Positions 44,597 through 58,880 are shown, numbered from the stretch's first letter. The stretch: 64,000 nucleotides of DNA from the human T2T-CHM13v2.0 reference genome, Homo sapiens (GCF_009914755.1 NC_060947.1), one strand, 5' to 3'. A program made the numbers and translations. The notes: a model not told the origin generated them from the letters alone.

Positions 44597-45112
44597 ATAT
44601 TAGTTTTCTATCACTGCTGTAACAAATTGCCACGAACTTGGTGGCTTAAAATAACAGAAGTTTGTTATCCTATAGTTCTGTAGTTCAGAAGTCCAAAATG
44701 GTTCTCACTGGTCTAAATTAATCAAGATGGCAAGGCTGATTCCTTCCTCAAGGCTCTAAGGAAAATTCCATTTCTTTGCCCTTTCCAGCCTCTAGAGGCC
44801 ACCCATATTCCTTGGCTTGTGGCTGCTTCCTCCATCTTCAAAGCCAGCAACAGTGAGTCCAGTTCTTCTCACATTGGGTCACTCTAACCTTCTCTTCTTC
44901 CTCACTCTTCTTCTTTTAAGGATCCTTGTGGCTACATTGGCCCCACCTAGATGATACATGATAATTTCAGTATTTTAGGTCTGCTGATTTAAAACCTTAA
45001 TACCGTATGCAACCTTAATTTCCTTTTGCTATGTAGTATAATATATTCACAGGTTCCAGGGATTAGACGATGGACATCCATGGCAGGGAGTTTGGGGGAT
45101 TATTTTTTCCTT
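44597..45112 (-). mobile_element. MLT1 (MLT1D-like) solo LTR
   Basis: TATTAGTTTTCTATCACTGCTGTAACAAATTGCCAC...CACAGGTTCCAGGGATTAG. Confidence 0.75.
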
Positions 45113-46074
45113 CCAGGGGTCGACAAGGCCCTCATCTTTCCTTTTCCAGAAAGCTACATCTCTGTGAGTGGCCAATCCTAATCACCAGAACTTCAAGAAC
45201 TGTGAAGAGTCTGAGATATTACCCTACTTGCAAGATAAAAACCCAGCACAGTATCATGGATGCTGGCAAAAAATACAAGACTCCTCAGTAAGAGATAAAG
45301 GACTTTATAATACTTGTGGTAGCCGGAGTGTTAGCAGTTGTGCTGCTTCTCTAAGCCTCAGTTTCCACAAGGCAATGCAGAGGGCTAGATGATACCTGCA
45401 CATACAGTGGGTTCCATTATATGAGAGAAAGCCTAAGTTTATGGACTCCAGATCTTTTATAATGGGCAATAAATCTGCCTCTCCTTTGTCCTGAAGGGAG
45501 AAATTACGTTTAGTATAATTTCTAGTATAACCTGCCCTTTGTTCTGGAGGGAGACTCTGTCTTCCAGGGCTGCTTGCTGTATTAACAGGCTTGAAAAGAT
45601 AAGTTGGAAAAAAGGCAGTCAGTGAGTCTGCTTTCAAGATGTGCAGAGACCTGTGGAGAGCCATCTCCCAACAGCCTCTCAAGTCCCTTTTAATCTATGG
45701 CAAATCTCCCAGATTCTCCTCTCTCTTGTTTTTCTCCTTGCTATTTATTTGTTGAAGAAACTGGGCCATTTGCCCTGTGCTATGTCCCACATTTTGGAAT
45801 TTGCTAATTGTATTCTTGTGGTGTTATTTAACGTGTTCCTGTATCTTTATATTAATATGAACTGATGAATCTAGAGGCTTGATCAATTCAGATTTAATTT
45901 TTTTGGGCAAGAATACTTCATAGGTGGTGTTGAACACACTTGCTAATTCATCCCTCCAGGAGGCACATAATACCAAATATGTCTGTGTGTTCAGGGGTTC
46001 TCAGCCTGGTCCATACATTATAAAATTTCTGCAGTCTTTCACTCAGTAGTTTCAGCAGCCATTGATGATCAGTG

Positions 46075-46365
46075 CTTTCTTTTGAGACAGGGTCTTACTC
46101 TGTCATCCAGGCTGGAGTGCAGTGATGCATCACAGCTCATTGCAGCCTCGACCTCCCAAGCTCAGGTTATTCTCCCACCTCAGCCTCCCAAGTAGCTGGG
46201 ACTACAGGTGTGCACTACCATGCCTGGTTAATTTTTTGTATTTTTTGTACAGATGGGTTTTTGCCATGTTGCCCAGGCTGGTCTCAAATGCCTGGGCTGA
46301 AGCGATCTACCCACCTTGGCCTCCCAAAGTGCTGGAATTACAGGCATGAGTCACTGCACCTGGCC
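46075..46365 (-). mobile_element. AluJ
   Basis: Diverged dimeric Alu. Confidence 0.85.
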
Positions 46366-46626
46366 TCGTGATCATTGCTTTTATTAGCATTTCTCAGCTG
46401 GAATTCTTCTGTAAAGAATAAATTTCCAAAATCAATTATTTGTGTACCCTGAAATGAAGTACTTGTGGGTGGGATAATAATTTTAATATAAAACTCAGTA
46501 ATACCTCTTTCTTGATATATAAAACACTTCATTGGCAAACTGTTACTTAAAAGAATTCATGCTATTTCCATGATCAGACTCCAGCATACTTACCTGAATG
46601 TTTTTCTCATAATCACCTCCCTAATT

Positions 46627-47362
46627 GTCTTACTTCCATTTTCTGTTGCTTATAACAGAATACCTGAAACTGGGTAATTTATAAAGAAAAGGAATTTATT
46701 TCTTACAGTTATGGAGGCTGAGAAGTCCTAGGTCAAGGGACCACATCTGGTGAGGGCCTTCTCATTGGTGGGGACTCTGCAGGGTCCTGAGGTGGTGCAG
46801 GGTATCACATGGCTAGGGGATTGAGTGTGCTAGCTCAGTCTCTCTTCCTCTTCTTAGAAAGCCACAAGTTCCATTCCTGTGATAACCCCTTAATCTATGA
46901 ATGGACTAATCCATTTTGGAGGGTGTGGAGTCCTAATTAGGGAAAAGGAGTTGGGCTAGTGGGACTGAAGGAAACAAAAAGATAAAGCAGATAAGCTACA
47001 AGTCTGCCTTTCTTCATGGTCCAGGACACATAGCCCTCCTGCACAAATAACTCGCAATCTTCCTGCTCCCAACTATTACCAGGCCTTCAGCTGATGTTAT
47101 CAGTACTGCACAAAGCCCTCTTCAGCATACATCATAAACACCATTCTATAAAATCCCCAGCAAGCCTTTCTTTCCTTGCAGTTAGCTCCTCTCTTGCTGG
47201 TCTGCCCATTGCACCCTTGCAACATATTTTCCTACTTTCTCTAACAAATCTGCCTTTCTTCACCTACAACTGTCTTGGTAAATTCTTCTTACCCCTGTGC
47301 CACCGGCCCCAGATAGTCGCTGCCTACCTATGACAGAGGGGACAGATATTCAAACCATAGGA
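46627..47362 (-). mobile_element. MST-family LTR interrupted by a MER83-like LTR
   Basis: ACAGAATACCTGAAACTGGGTAATTTATAAAG...TTCAAACCATAG. Confidence 0.7.
46924..47335 (+). mobile_element. MER83-like ERV1 solo LTR
   Basis: TGTGGAGTCCTAATTAGGGAAAAGGAG...GACA with perfect TSD GAGGG. Confidence 0.75.
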
Positions 47363-47619
47363 CTGACATATAAATAGTATTCTCTCTTTTTTACAGAGCT
47401 GTTTGCTCTTTACTTAATTCACCATGTATTTTCCTGTTTCCACACTATTTTCCTTGTCTCTTCTGGAAAGTATTTCCCCCACTTATCTTTTCAATTAATT
47501 TTTTTCCCCAAGAGCCAATTTAAACTGCACCAACTTTATGGAACCTAAACTTACATCCCCAGTAGAATTGACTGTTTTCTATTTGGGGCCCACGGTGTAC
47601 CCTGAATATATTTCAATAT

Positions 47620-47898
47620 ATTTATTTTATTTTATTTTATTTTTAGAGTCAGGGTCTCACTCTGTCACTCAGGCTTGGAATGCAGTGGTGCATCCATAGA
47701 TCACTGTAACCTCAAACTCCTGGGCTCAAACGATCCTCCCTCCTCAGCCTTCCAGGCAACTGGGACTACAGGCTTATATCACCATGCCTGGCTAATTTTT
47801 AATTTTTTTTTAGAGGTGGGGTCTCACTGTGTTGCCCAGCCTAGTCTCAAGCTTCTGGCCTCAAGCGATCCTCCCAAAGTGCTGGGATTATAGGCATG
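47620..47898 (-). mobile_element. AluJ
   Basis: Diverged Alu. Confidence 0.8.
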
Positions 47899-48560
47899 AA
47901 TATGTTTCTAACATGCCCTTTTGTTTTTTGTGGTTTTTGAAATTGAGTCATATTTGAAATATACTGAATTGCCCAGATCTTAAATGTATAGTTTGATGAG
48001 TTTTGACAAGTATATGTGTGTGTATATATATATGTACATATATATACACACCCATATACACACATATATGTACATATATATACACATCCATGCAAATTAA
48101 AATATAGAAAGTTCCCTCTTGACCAGTCAGTATTCTCCCCTTGAGGCAACAACCATTGTTAAGGTTTTAAATCCCTGTAGATTAAAATTCTTGATTGTCC
48201 TGTCTTTGTAATGGAATCAAACCATCTGTGTCTGACTTCAGTGTTTGGCTTCTGTTTGTAAAATAGCATAATGCTTCTGAGATTCTTCCAGGTTGTTGTG
48301 TCTATCCGTGGATTTTTCCTTTTTTGTTGCTGAGTATTCCATTGTATGAAGACACCACAATTTGTGTAGACATTCATGTGTTGATGAACATTTAGAATGT
48401 GTCTAGTTTCTGATTATCATGAATCAAGCCTGCTATGGGCATTCTTATATAAGTTTTCTGAGGATGTATGTTTTAATTTCTTTTTAGTAACTACTAAGAA
48501 ATGGAATTGCTAAATTATATGGTAGGTATATGTTTAACTTTATTAGAAATTGTCAAACAA

Positions 48561-48866
<306 letters not shown>

Positions 48867-49642
48867 GAAATTGTCAAACAAGTTTCCAAAGTGATGGCTT
48901 GGTTTTACATTCCTACCAGCAATTTTTGAGTTTCTTTTTAATTTTAGCTTTTCTAGTGAGTGTCTATGCTTTCTCAATATAGCTTAAATTGCACTTCCCT
49001 TACAACTAATGATGGTGAACATCTTTTCATGTGCTTTATTGGCCATTTGTATATCTTTTTTGTGTCTGCTCAAGTATTTTGCTCATTAAAAAAAATTGGG
49101 CTGTGTGTCTTTTTCTTACTACTTTCTAGGAGTTCTTTCTACATTCTTAATATGGGTGTTTTGTATATGTATTGTAAATATTTTCTCCCAGTCTGTGGCT
49201 TCACTTTTCATTTTCTCAATAGCGTCTTTTGATGAGCAGAAGTTTTAATTTTGATAAGGTCCAGTTTTTGAAGATTTTCTTTTATGGCTGGGGCTTTTTC
49301 TACTATGTCAAGAAATCCATGCTTACGTCAAGGTTGCAAAGATAACCTCTTACATTTCCTTCTAGGGCATTTTTAGTTTCAGCTTTTATGTTTAGGTCTA
49401 TAATCTAGCTCAAGTTAATTTTTTGTTAACTTTTTCTATGATTTGTTTTCTATTTCTGTTCTTTAGTAATTCCTTTCTTTTACTTCTGTTAGGTTTATTT
49501 GGTCCTTCATTTTCTATTAGCTAATGGCTCCTTGAGGGTAAATTTGAGGACACTGATTTAGACTTTTGTAATATAAGTGTTTAAAGCTATAAATTTCCTT
49601 GTAAATTTGTCTTTTATCTGCTTTTCACAAATTTTGATACAC

Positions 49643-50900
49643 TGTAGTAAGCAGCCTTCTAAAATGGCTCTCAGTGATCCCCACTACTCAGTATTCACAC
49701 CCTTGTGTAATCCACTTCCCTTTATGTGTGGGCTGGACCTAGTGACTTGCTTCTAATAAATAGAATATGGCAAAAGTGATGGGATGGCCCTTCTGAGGTT
49801 AGGTTATAAGAGATGTGGCTGGGCGTGGTGGCTCATGCCTGTAATCCCAGCACTTTGGGAGGCCGAGGCAGGTGGATCATGAGGTCAGGAGTTCAACATC
49901 AGCCTGGCCAAGATGGTGAAACCCTGTCTCTACTAAAAATACAAAAATTAGCCAGGCGTGGTGGTGGGCACCTGTAATCCCAGCTGCTCGGGAGGCTGAG
50001 GCAGAGAATTGCCTGAACCAGGGAGGCGGAGGTTGCAGTGAGCTGAGATCGCGCCACTGCACTCCAGCCTGGGCGACAGAGCGAGACGTCATCTAAAAAA
50101 AAAAAAAAAAAAAAAAAAAGGAGATTGTAAGATAGCTTGCTGGCATACTCTCTCTGGCTCTTCTCGCTTGCTCTGATGAAGGAAGGTGCCATGTTGTGAG
50201 CTGCCCTCATCTATTACCTCACAGTTTCTGTAGGTCAGGAATCCAGGTGTGGCTTACATGGGTCCTCTCACTCAGGGTCTCTCACAAGGCTGCAGTCCAT
50301 GTTGGCTGGGGCTGCATTCATCTTGAAGGGAAGGATCCACTTCCAAGCTTACTCAAGTGATTGTTGGTAAGATTCAGTTTCTTGCAGGCTGTTGTGCTGA
50401 GTGATTCAGTTGTTTTAACTTACTAAGTTTTAGAGTGATTTGCTATGCATCAAATAGATAAGTAACACAGATTTTGGTACTGGGAATGGGGCAGCCTGAA
50501 AATGTGGGAGTGTCCTTCAAACTGAGAAGTTGGTGGAGGCTGGAAAAGATTTTAAGGAGAATGTTAGAGAAATCCTAAATTTCAGAGAGATCTATGGGTG
50601 TACAGCTTTTGTCTAATGGTGTGAACCCAGTGAGATTCACAGAAAATAAAATTTTAGAGCAAACTATATTAGCAGAAATACTACCACTTTGGACTGAAAG
50701 GGATATAAACAATAAAAAATGGAAAAACATGTTGGCCCCCCAAAATTCTTTGGCAGGAAGCAGGTTGAGCAAACTCTTTTGTTGCCTTTCATGAAAAAGG
50801 AAGGATACCTCAGATGGTGGTGCCAAGGACCCAGAGTGTGGAGCCAAAAGCCATGAAGAATTATTCCTAGGCCTCGAGACCTAATCAAAGAACTCCTAAC
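49643..50900 (+). mobile_element. MLT1F-like LTR plus MLT1-int piece, with AluS at 49817-50120 and an inverted MLT1 piece at ~50205-50410
   Basis: TGTAGTAAGCAGCCTTCTAAAATGGCTCTCAGTGATCC; int start GATTTTGGTACTGGGAATGGGG at ~50470. Confidence 0.6.
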
Positions 50901-50902
50901 AT

Positions 50903-52800
50903 TTAACCAGTCAGATAATACTTTACTTTCTTCAGCATTTTAAAAGTACCATCCAACTGTGTTTTAGCCTCCACTTCTTCTGTTGAGCAGTAAGTGGTCA
51001 CTTGAATCACCATTTCTCTGTATGTAATATTTGGGGGGATTTTTTGTTTGTTTTTGGCTTTTCTGGCTGCTTTTAAAATCTTGTCTTCTTTGGTTCTCAA
51101 TAGTTTGACTATGATGCTCCTAGGAATGGTTTTATGTGGGTTATTCTGTTTGGAATTTGCAAAACTTATTGAATCTATAAGTGTATGTCTTTCACCAAAT
51201 TTGAGGAGTTTCTGCACATTATTTTTAAAAATACCTTTTCTGCCCTTCTCTCCTTCTGGGTCTTAAATTGCATGTATGTTAGATCTTTTGATTTTTGTCT
51301 TACTCATCTGTTTTAGTTTGTTTGTCCTACTGTAACAACATTCCTGAGATTTGGTATCTTATAAACAATAGAAATTTATTTCTCACAATTCTGGAGGCTG
51401 AGAAGTCCAAGATAAAGGCACCAGCAGCTTAGGTGTCCAGTGAGGGCTGCTCTCTGCTTCCAAGATGGCGCCTTGTTGCTGTGTCCTCCAGAGGGGGTGA
51501 ATTCTGTGTCCTCACGTGGTGGAAAGTGTGGAAGGTCAAAAAGGAAGGATGTAGCTAGTTCCCTCCAGCCCTTTTAAAAGAACACTAACCCATTCATGAG
51601 CCCTCATGACCTAAATAACTTCCAAAGGTCATACCTCTTAATACTGTTACATTGGGATTAAATTTCAACATGAATTTTGGAGGGACAACAAACATTGAAA
51701 CCATAGCATCATCCCTGAGACTCCGTTTGTTTTTATTTTCAATTTTGTTCTCTCTGCTTTTCAGATTGGATAATTTCTGTTGGTCTATGTTTAAGTTAAT
51801 TACCTCTTTCTTCAGTTACCTCTATTCTTCTGTCAAGCCCATCCAGTGAACTTTTTAGTTTCAGATTGTATTTTTCAGTTTTTTAAAATAGTTTATATTT
51901 CTTAGTTGGCCTATCCTATTTAATCATTCATTATGAACATATTTGTATGTTTTTGAGCATAATTATAACTAACTGATTTAAAGTGCTTTTCTGCTAATTC
52001 TAGCATCTGGATCACCTCAGGTCAGTCTCTGAGTGCATTTTCTCTTGAGCCTCTTCCCTTTCTCTCCACACCTTTCTGTCTCTTTCTCTGTTGAGTTGTT
52101 TTGGATTGTATCTTTGTTGTGAAACATACATTAGAGATGCTTGATTCTGTTTAATTCCTCTGACTATTGTTGATTTTTTTGTTTTGCTTTGTGTAGGGAG
52201 CACTTAACTTGGCTAGACTCAAACTAGGAAATGTTTTCTCTGTGGTATGTGGTAGCTCAAATTCCAGTTCATTCAGCTGGTCAATCGGAGATCTGGGCAG
52301 AGTTCATTCACAGAATTTAGGCACCCTTCTCTCTTTCAATGCCTTTCTGGATTCCCCCTTGATTTTCCAATGGTAGTGATGACTGCAGAACTCCCCTTCA
52401 ATTCTTCAAGTCAATAACACTGGTGGTTTTCTTTTCTTTTCTCTCTCTCTCTTTTTTTTTTTTTTTTGAGACAGGGTCTCACTCTGTCACCCAGGCTGGA
52501 GTGCAGTGGCACAATCATAGCTCACTGAGCCTTGACCTCTCAGGTTTAATCAGTCTTCCCGCCTCAGCCTCCCAAGTAGCCGGGACCACAGGCATGTACC
52601 ACTTCTCTTGGAATTTTAGTTACCCCACGTGGCACTGACTGGGCCTATTCACAAGCTAAAGTGCCAGCCTCTCTTCTAAGTGTCAGCTCTCCTCCCATAG
52701 ATGCCTGACTTGGGTTGCTCCTTAGTATCTTTAGATAGTTTTTAAAATATTTTTTGTTCAGAGTTTATAGTTGTTATGTGTATGAAGGTTGGTCTGATAA
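50903..52800 (-). mobile_element. Old L1 ORF1/5' region remnant
   Basis: ORF 50903-51217 TIPRSIIVKLLRTKEDKILKAARK...ITYRE resembles L1 ORF1p. Confidence 0.75.
51309..51708 (-). mobile_element. MST-family (MSTC/D-like) solo LTR
   Basis: TG...CA ends with perfect TSD TCATC (51304-51308, 51709-51713). Confidence 0.8.
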
Positions 52801-53761
52801 AAGCAATGCAGTCATACTGAAACTTAATTTTTGTTAATTTTTGTATATGGTGTGAGGCGTGGGTCAAGGTTTATGCTTTTTTCCTAATACTGATATCTAT
52901 CTCTTCCAACACAATTTGTTGAAAAGACTTCACTTTCGCCCATTGAATCACATTGGCACTTTTGTCAAAAAACAATTGTCCGTACATGTGTGGGTCTGTT
53001 TCTGGACTTTATTCTGTTCTAATGATATATCTGTCTGTGCATACATCATCCCATACTGCCTGTATTACTGTAGCTTTACAGTAAATCTTAACATTAGGGG
53101 GTATAAATCCTTCATACTTTTTCTTGCTTTTGGCTATTCTGGGTCCTTCGCATAGCCATATAAACTTTAACATTTGTCAGTTTTTACCAAAATCTTGACA
53201 AATAAGTGATTAAACAAGTAGAAAACAAATCAGTGATGCAACAGGAAATTTCAACAACACTCAACCAACTTGATTTATACATTACAGAACAATACAGCCA
53301 TCAATAGCCAAATATATATTCTTTTCAGGGAGACATGGACCATTATCCTAGATAGACCATATGTTGAAATCATACAGAGTATACTTTCTGACCATGACGG
53401 AATTAAATTAGAAATGAGCAATAACAGGGCATCAAGAGAAAGAGGCCATATTTTTGAAGAGTAAATGAAAGCAACAGGAGAGGGAGCTATGTGAAATTTT
53501 TAAAAATTGGGATGGAAGGGATATATGTGCTTCCTTCTACAAGTTATAGGGCACAAATTTCTCATAAAAATGAGCAACAAAATAGGATCAAGGTCAAATC
53601 CTTACTAAAAATTATAATTTTTAATAAATGGAAGAGTAAATGTCATACATAATAAATAGCAGAAATTTATGATTAGATTTTTATATTCTACACAATATTA
53701 CATATGTGTATATATATAAACTAAGTATTTAATGGGCATACCATATCGTATATTATGATGA

Positions 53762-54001
<240 letters not shown>

Positions 54002-55400
54002 TGAGGAGCCTGTTATGGGTTAAATTGTGCCCCCAAATAAAATATGTTGAAGTCCTAATACCCCAGCCCCCCAGAATGTGACCTTATTTGGAAATAGAGT
54101 CTTTACAGAAGTAATCAAGCTAAAATGAGATCATTAGGGTGGGCTTTAATCTAATATAATTGGTGTCCTTATAAAAAGGAGAAAACTGGACACAGACACA
54201 TATACACATACGCACGCACACACACACACAAACACACACACAGAGGGAAGACAATATGAAGATACACAGGGAGAAGATGGAATGTGACTAGAATGATACA
54301 TCTGTAAGCCAAGAAACACTTGAGGCCACCAGAAGCTAAGAGAGGCCTGGAACAGTTCCTTCCCTAGCACCTTCAAAGAGAGTATGGCCCTGCTAACACC
54401 TTGGTTTTGGAGTTCTGGCCTCCAGAACTGTGAGACAATAAATTTCTCTTGTTTTGAGCCCCCTAGTTTGTGGTACTTTGTTATAACAGCCCTAGGAAAC
54501 TAATACAGAGTTTTACACTTGGAAATGGGGTGTGGCTGTGATAAATACCTTAAAAATGTGAAGTGGCTTTGGAATTGGGTAACGGGTAGAGGCTGGAGCT
54601 AGGGGCTAGGTTTTGATATGCTTGACAGAAAAAGCCTAGATTGCGTTAACGAGACTATTGGTAGAAACATGAATGTTAAAGGTACTTTTAGTGAGATCTC
54701 AGATAGAAATAAGGAACATATTATTGCAAACTGGAAGAAAAGCGATCCTTGTTATAAAGTACCGGAGAACATGGCTGAATTGCGTTCTGTTGGGTGAAAA
54801 GTAGAACTTGTATGTGATGAACCTGAATATTTAGCTGAGGAGATTTCCAAGCAGTGTTGAAAGCACAGCCTGGTTTCTCTGTGCTGCTTATGTAAAATGT
54901 GAGAAGAAAGAGATAAATTGAAGAAAGAATTGTTAGGAAAAAGGTACCAGAACTTGAAGATGTGGAAAATTTTCAGCCTATCCATATGGCAAAAATTCAG
55001 AAAGTGTACTCTGGAAAGAACACCAAGGGTGTGTCTGGACAACCGATTACTAAAGAGATTAGGTGTGTGACTTGTGGATCCAATCAACTGTCTCACTAGA
55101 AATGCTTCCAGGTTGGACTGAAGGGGACAGAGACAGGAGAAAATGAAGGAAGGCTGTTGGACTTCTGGGATTCTATAAGCAGGAAATGTGATGATAAAGC
55201 TATTTCGACTGTGAACATGTGTCATCCTTCAAGAAAAGGGAAGAATGACTTTGAGGATAGTTCAGAAGCTAGTAGGGCTGCAGCTGCCACCACAGGCCCT
55301 GAAGGCACAGGCTGGGGAGATGGGGGGACCCATTGCCTCCTTAGTTTCAGAGAACAGGGCCATCTGTTTTCAGGGCTGAGGGGGCAGGGCCAAGGTTGCA

Positions 55401-55428
55401 GGGTTATCATGTCTGATCTGAGGTTACA
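55401..55428 (-). pseudogene. Extreme 5' end (nt ~1-28) of 28S rRNA
   Basis: GGGTTATCATGTCTGATCTGAGGTTACA vs 28S antisense GGGTCGCCACGTCTGATCTGAGGTCGCG: 21/28, all mismatches are transitions, 6 of 7 at CpG. Confidence 0.6.
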
Positions 55429-55447
55429 CCATGTATTAGTTACACCA

Positions 55448-55865
55448 TGTATTAGTCCGTTTGTTCTCACATTGCTATAAAGAAATGCCTGAGACTGGGT
55501 AATTTATAAAGAAAAGAGGTTTAATTCGCTCACGGTTCTGCAGGCTGTAAAGGAAGCATAGTGGCTCCTGCTTCTGAGGAAGCCTCAGGAAGCTTCCAAT
55601 CATGGCGGAAGGCAAAGGGGAAGCAAGCATATTACATGGTGGGAGCAAGAGCAAGAGTGAGGGGGAGATGCTGCATACCTTTAAACAACCAGATCTCACG
55701 AGAACTCACTCACTTTCATGAGAACAGCACCAAGGGGATGGTGCTAAACCATTCCTGAGAAATCCGCCACCATGATCCAGTCACCTCCCACCAGGCCCCA
55801 TCTCCAACACTGGGGGTTACAATTTGACATGAGATTTATAGGGGACAAAGATCCAAACCATATCA
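55448..55865 (-). mobile_element. MSTA-like solo LTR
   Basis: TGTATTAGTCCGTT...TCACATTGCTATAAAGAAATGCCTGAGACTGGG...CCAAACCATATCA. Confidence 0.85.
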
Positions 55866-55889
55866 GGTGATGAAGACCAAATATATATA

Positions 55890-56253
55890 TCTTTTTAACT
55901 TTCCCTTATGGTTCTTGTTGACTATCAATTTTGTGCACGTATTTAGCCTTAGTAGATGGAGTTTACTACCCACTTTGGGGTACATTCTCAAGCAACATGG
56001 CCCCAATAATGCCCAGGCCCAGTGCACCAGAGCCTGCTGCTGGCCTTATACCATCATCAGGCTGGGCCTCAATCAGAAGGACTTGGGTGCTATAAGCAGC
56101 AGTGGGGAGTGGGTCTTCTCTATGCCACATTTCCAACACCCCCACTGTGGGGCAGAGGTTTAGCACTGGGCTCTTCCATGTTCACTTGCTGTTACTGAGG
56201 GAATCCTTGTTAAGTTTCTTCTCCACTAACTAGTGTGCTTAAATTCAGTGGGT
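55890..56253 (-). pseudogene. Decayed 28S (LSU) rRNA 5' fragment, nt ~25-390
   Basis: Collinear with 28S: ACCCACTGAATTTAAGCAC.., AAGGATTCCCTCAGTAAC, CAAGTCCTTCTGATTGAGGCCCAGCC, GTAAACTCCATCTA, AGGCTAAATAC, ATAGTCAACAAGAACCATAAGGGAAAGTT. Confidence 0.9.
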
Positions 56254-58880
56254 GAGTAAATTCTGGCCCAATAGCAAGCCAAAAATTATTTCTCAAAAAG
56301 AGAGTAGTTATCCACTACTACAGGATGGCAGGACTTTGCTCCCAAATCCTAAAGATCTGCACTGTGATTCACCTATAGGGGATTGCCAAAGGCTCCAAAC
56401 AGCATCCCTGTCTGCCATTGTCACTTCAAGCACCATTGGATCTGCTGGATCATATGGTCCAAGCAGCAGAGCAGCTTGCACAGCAGCCTGGATCTGTTGT
56501 AGAGTCTTCTCTTGTTCTGGTCCCCACTGAAAACTAGCTACTTTTTGGATAACTTGATAAATGGGCCAGAGTAGCTTTACCCAAATCAGGAATGTGTTAC
56601 CTCCAAAATCCAAAGAGGCCCAGTAAGCATTGTGCCTTTTCTCTTTTTCTTATAGGAGGGGCCAGATACAACAATTTTTGCTTCACCTTAGAAGGGATAT
56701 CTCGACATGCTCTATACCACTGGACCCCTAGAAATTTCCCTGAGGTGTAAGGCCCTTAAATTTTTTTTCAGATTTATTTCCCACTCTCTGATATGTAAAT
56801 ATCTTACCCATAAGTCTAGCGTAGTTGCTGCTTCTTGCTCACTAGGTCCAATCAGCATTATCTCATTAGTGTCATGGACCAGTGTGATATCTTGTGGAAG
56901 GGAAAGGTGATCAAGATGCCTGCAGACTAAATAATGACATAGGTCTGGAGAGTTGATATACCTCTGAGGTAGGACAGTACAGGTGTATAGCTGGCCTTCC
57001 CAGCCAAAAACAAACTGCTTCTAGTGGTCTTTACTAACAAGTATCACAAAAAAACATTTGCCAGATCAATAGCTGCATAGGGTACCAGGGAATGTGTTAA
57101 TTTGCTCAAGCAATGAAACCACATCTTGAAGAGCAAGTGTAATTAGAGTCACCACTTGGTGACGTTTACAGTAATCTGTCACTCTTCAAAATCCATCTAT
57201 TTTCTGCACAGGCCAAATAGGCAAGGTGAATGGGGATGTGGTGGGAATCACCATCCCTGCATCCCTCATATCCCTGATGGTAGCACTGATTTCCGCAATC
57301 CCTCCAGGAATGTGGTATTGCTTTTGGTTTACTATTTTCCTAGGCAGAGGCAGCTCTAGTGGCTTCACTTGGCCTTTCCCACCATAAGAGCCCTCATTCC
57401 ACAGGTCAGGGAACTAATATGGGGATTCTGCCAGTTGCTGAATATGTCCTTCCAATTATGTATTCAGGAACTGGGGAAATAACCACAGGACAGGTTCAGG
57501 GACCCACTGGATGCACTGTGAGATGGACCTCAACTAAAACTCCATTAACCACTACACTTTGTAAGCTCCTACGCTGACTGGTGGACCATAGTGGTGTTTG
57601 GGTCTCCTGGAATTAGTGGCAGTTCAGAGCCAGTGTCCAGTAATTCCCAAAATGTCTGATTATTCTTTTTTCCCAATACATAGTTATCTTGATAAAAGGC
57701 CATAGGTCCCTTTGGGGAACACTGGGAGAAAGATTTCATAGTATAAGTTTTTGACAGTGTACCAGGGTCCTTCCCTAAGGGAACCTGGCTTCCCCTTCAT
57801 TCAAGGGGTTCTGGGTCTGAGTCTGTAAATAGGCTCAAGTCTGGGAATTGATTGAAGGGCTGTGACTTTGTGCTTTTATGATTCGAGTTAGAGTTTTGTT
57901 CACTTGACCTAGAACTCCTCTACTTATACAGATCAACTTATTATTGTGTAGACTGCCTATCTGTTTCTTTTCTCAGGACACCATGATCAACTAGCCAGTG
58001 CCATAGGTCTCTGTGAATCAGACTATTCTGATTGTTGCTTTGACTCTGCTGTCCATTGTGGTAGCCATGTTCACCTTGCATTTGGCGATTAAGTACCTCC
58101 CTTTAACCCCTGCCACCCCAGGATCCAACTACCCCCATTGCACTTAGGTTTCCCTACTCAGTGGCTGCAGTTCCCACTGTAAGTTCCAGCCTACAGACAA
58201 GAGCACTTGGACATCTTCAAGGATGCTCGGGCTCCCCTTAAAAATTTGTTTCTCACATTGGTGACAGGTGTGTCCTCTGGACCCTCCCAGAGTAGATGAA
58301 CAGGTATCACAAGATAAATCCCCTCCAACAGTACAATTCTTTGGATACCTTCCTCTGCAGAGTACCCAGGCAGTTCTGGCATTTCAACTTCATTTAGTGT
58401 AGGCCACCTTTTGGTCCATGTTTAGCCAACCAGCCAACCAAACTGTTAGAGCCCTTTCTAACCCCTCCAGCAGCAATATCAAATTCAGAATCTCTGCTTA
58501 GTGGGCCCATACCAATCAATTCAGCCTGATCCAACTTTTTGTTTCTTCCACCTTTATCATACACCCTTGATATCCATATCAATGTATAGTCTTTAGATTT
58601 GTCTGCATAAATTAAATGAATCGTGCCGTTCTTTTGGTGTACACACATCCTCATGGGTCATTCTTTGTACTTCACCTTTTGGGACCTGCTTTGACTTAAG
58701 TCCAGTTATATGTCTAAAAGCAAAGAAGGGTGGTGAGCATAGGCTCTTAAGGGAATTGGCAGTGCCTGTCAAGGCAAGTACCTCAGGGGAAGCCACTGAA
58801 AGTGCTTCAGGCAAAGTAGGGTTAACCTTCTCAGATAGGGTAGAAGGGCTGCCTCTACTGGCAAAGGAGACTCAAGAATT
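56254..58880 (-). mobile_element. ERVL (HERV-L-like) internal gag-pro-RT remnant
   Basis: GGRNKKLDQAELIGMGPLSRDSEF (gag); KPLELPLPRKIVNQKQYHIPGGIAEISATI..PIWPVQK (RT); FQWGPEQEKTLQQIQAAVQAALLLGPYDPADPMVLEV. Confidence 0.9.

Noticed and set aside
54752-55225. 157-aa minus-strand ORF
   Set aside because: Antisense reading of MLT1 internal sequence
55890-56253. Functional rRNA gene
   Set aside because: Short, CpG-depleted, diverged fragment with no 18S/5.8S/ITS context
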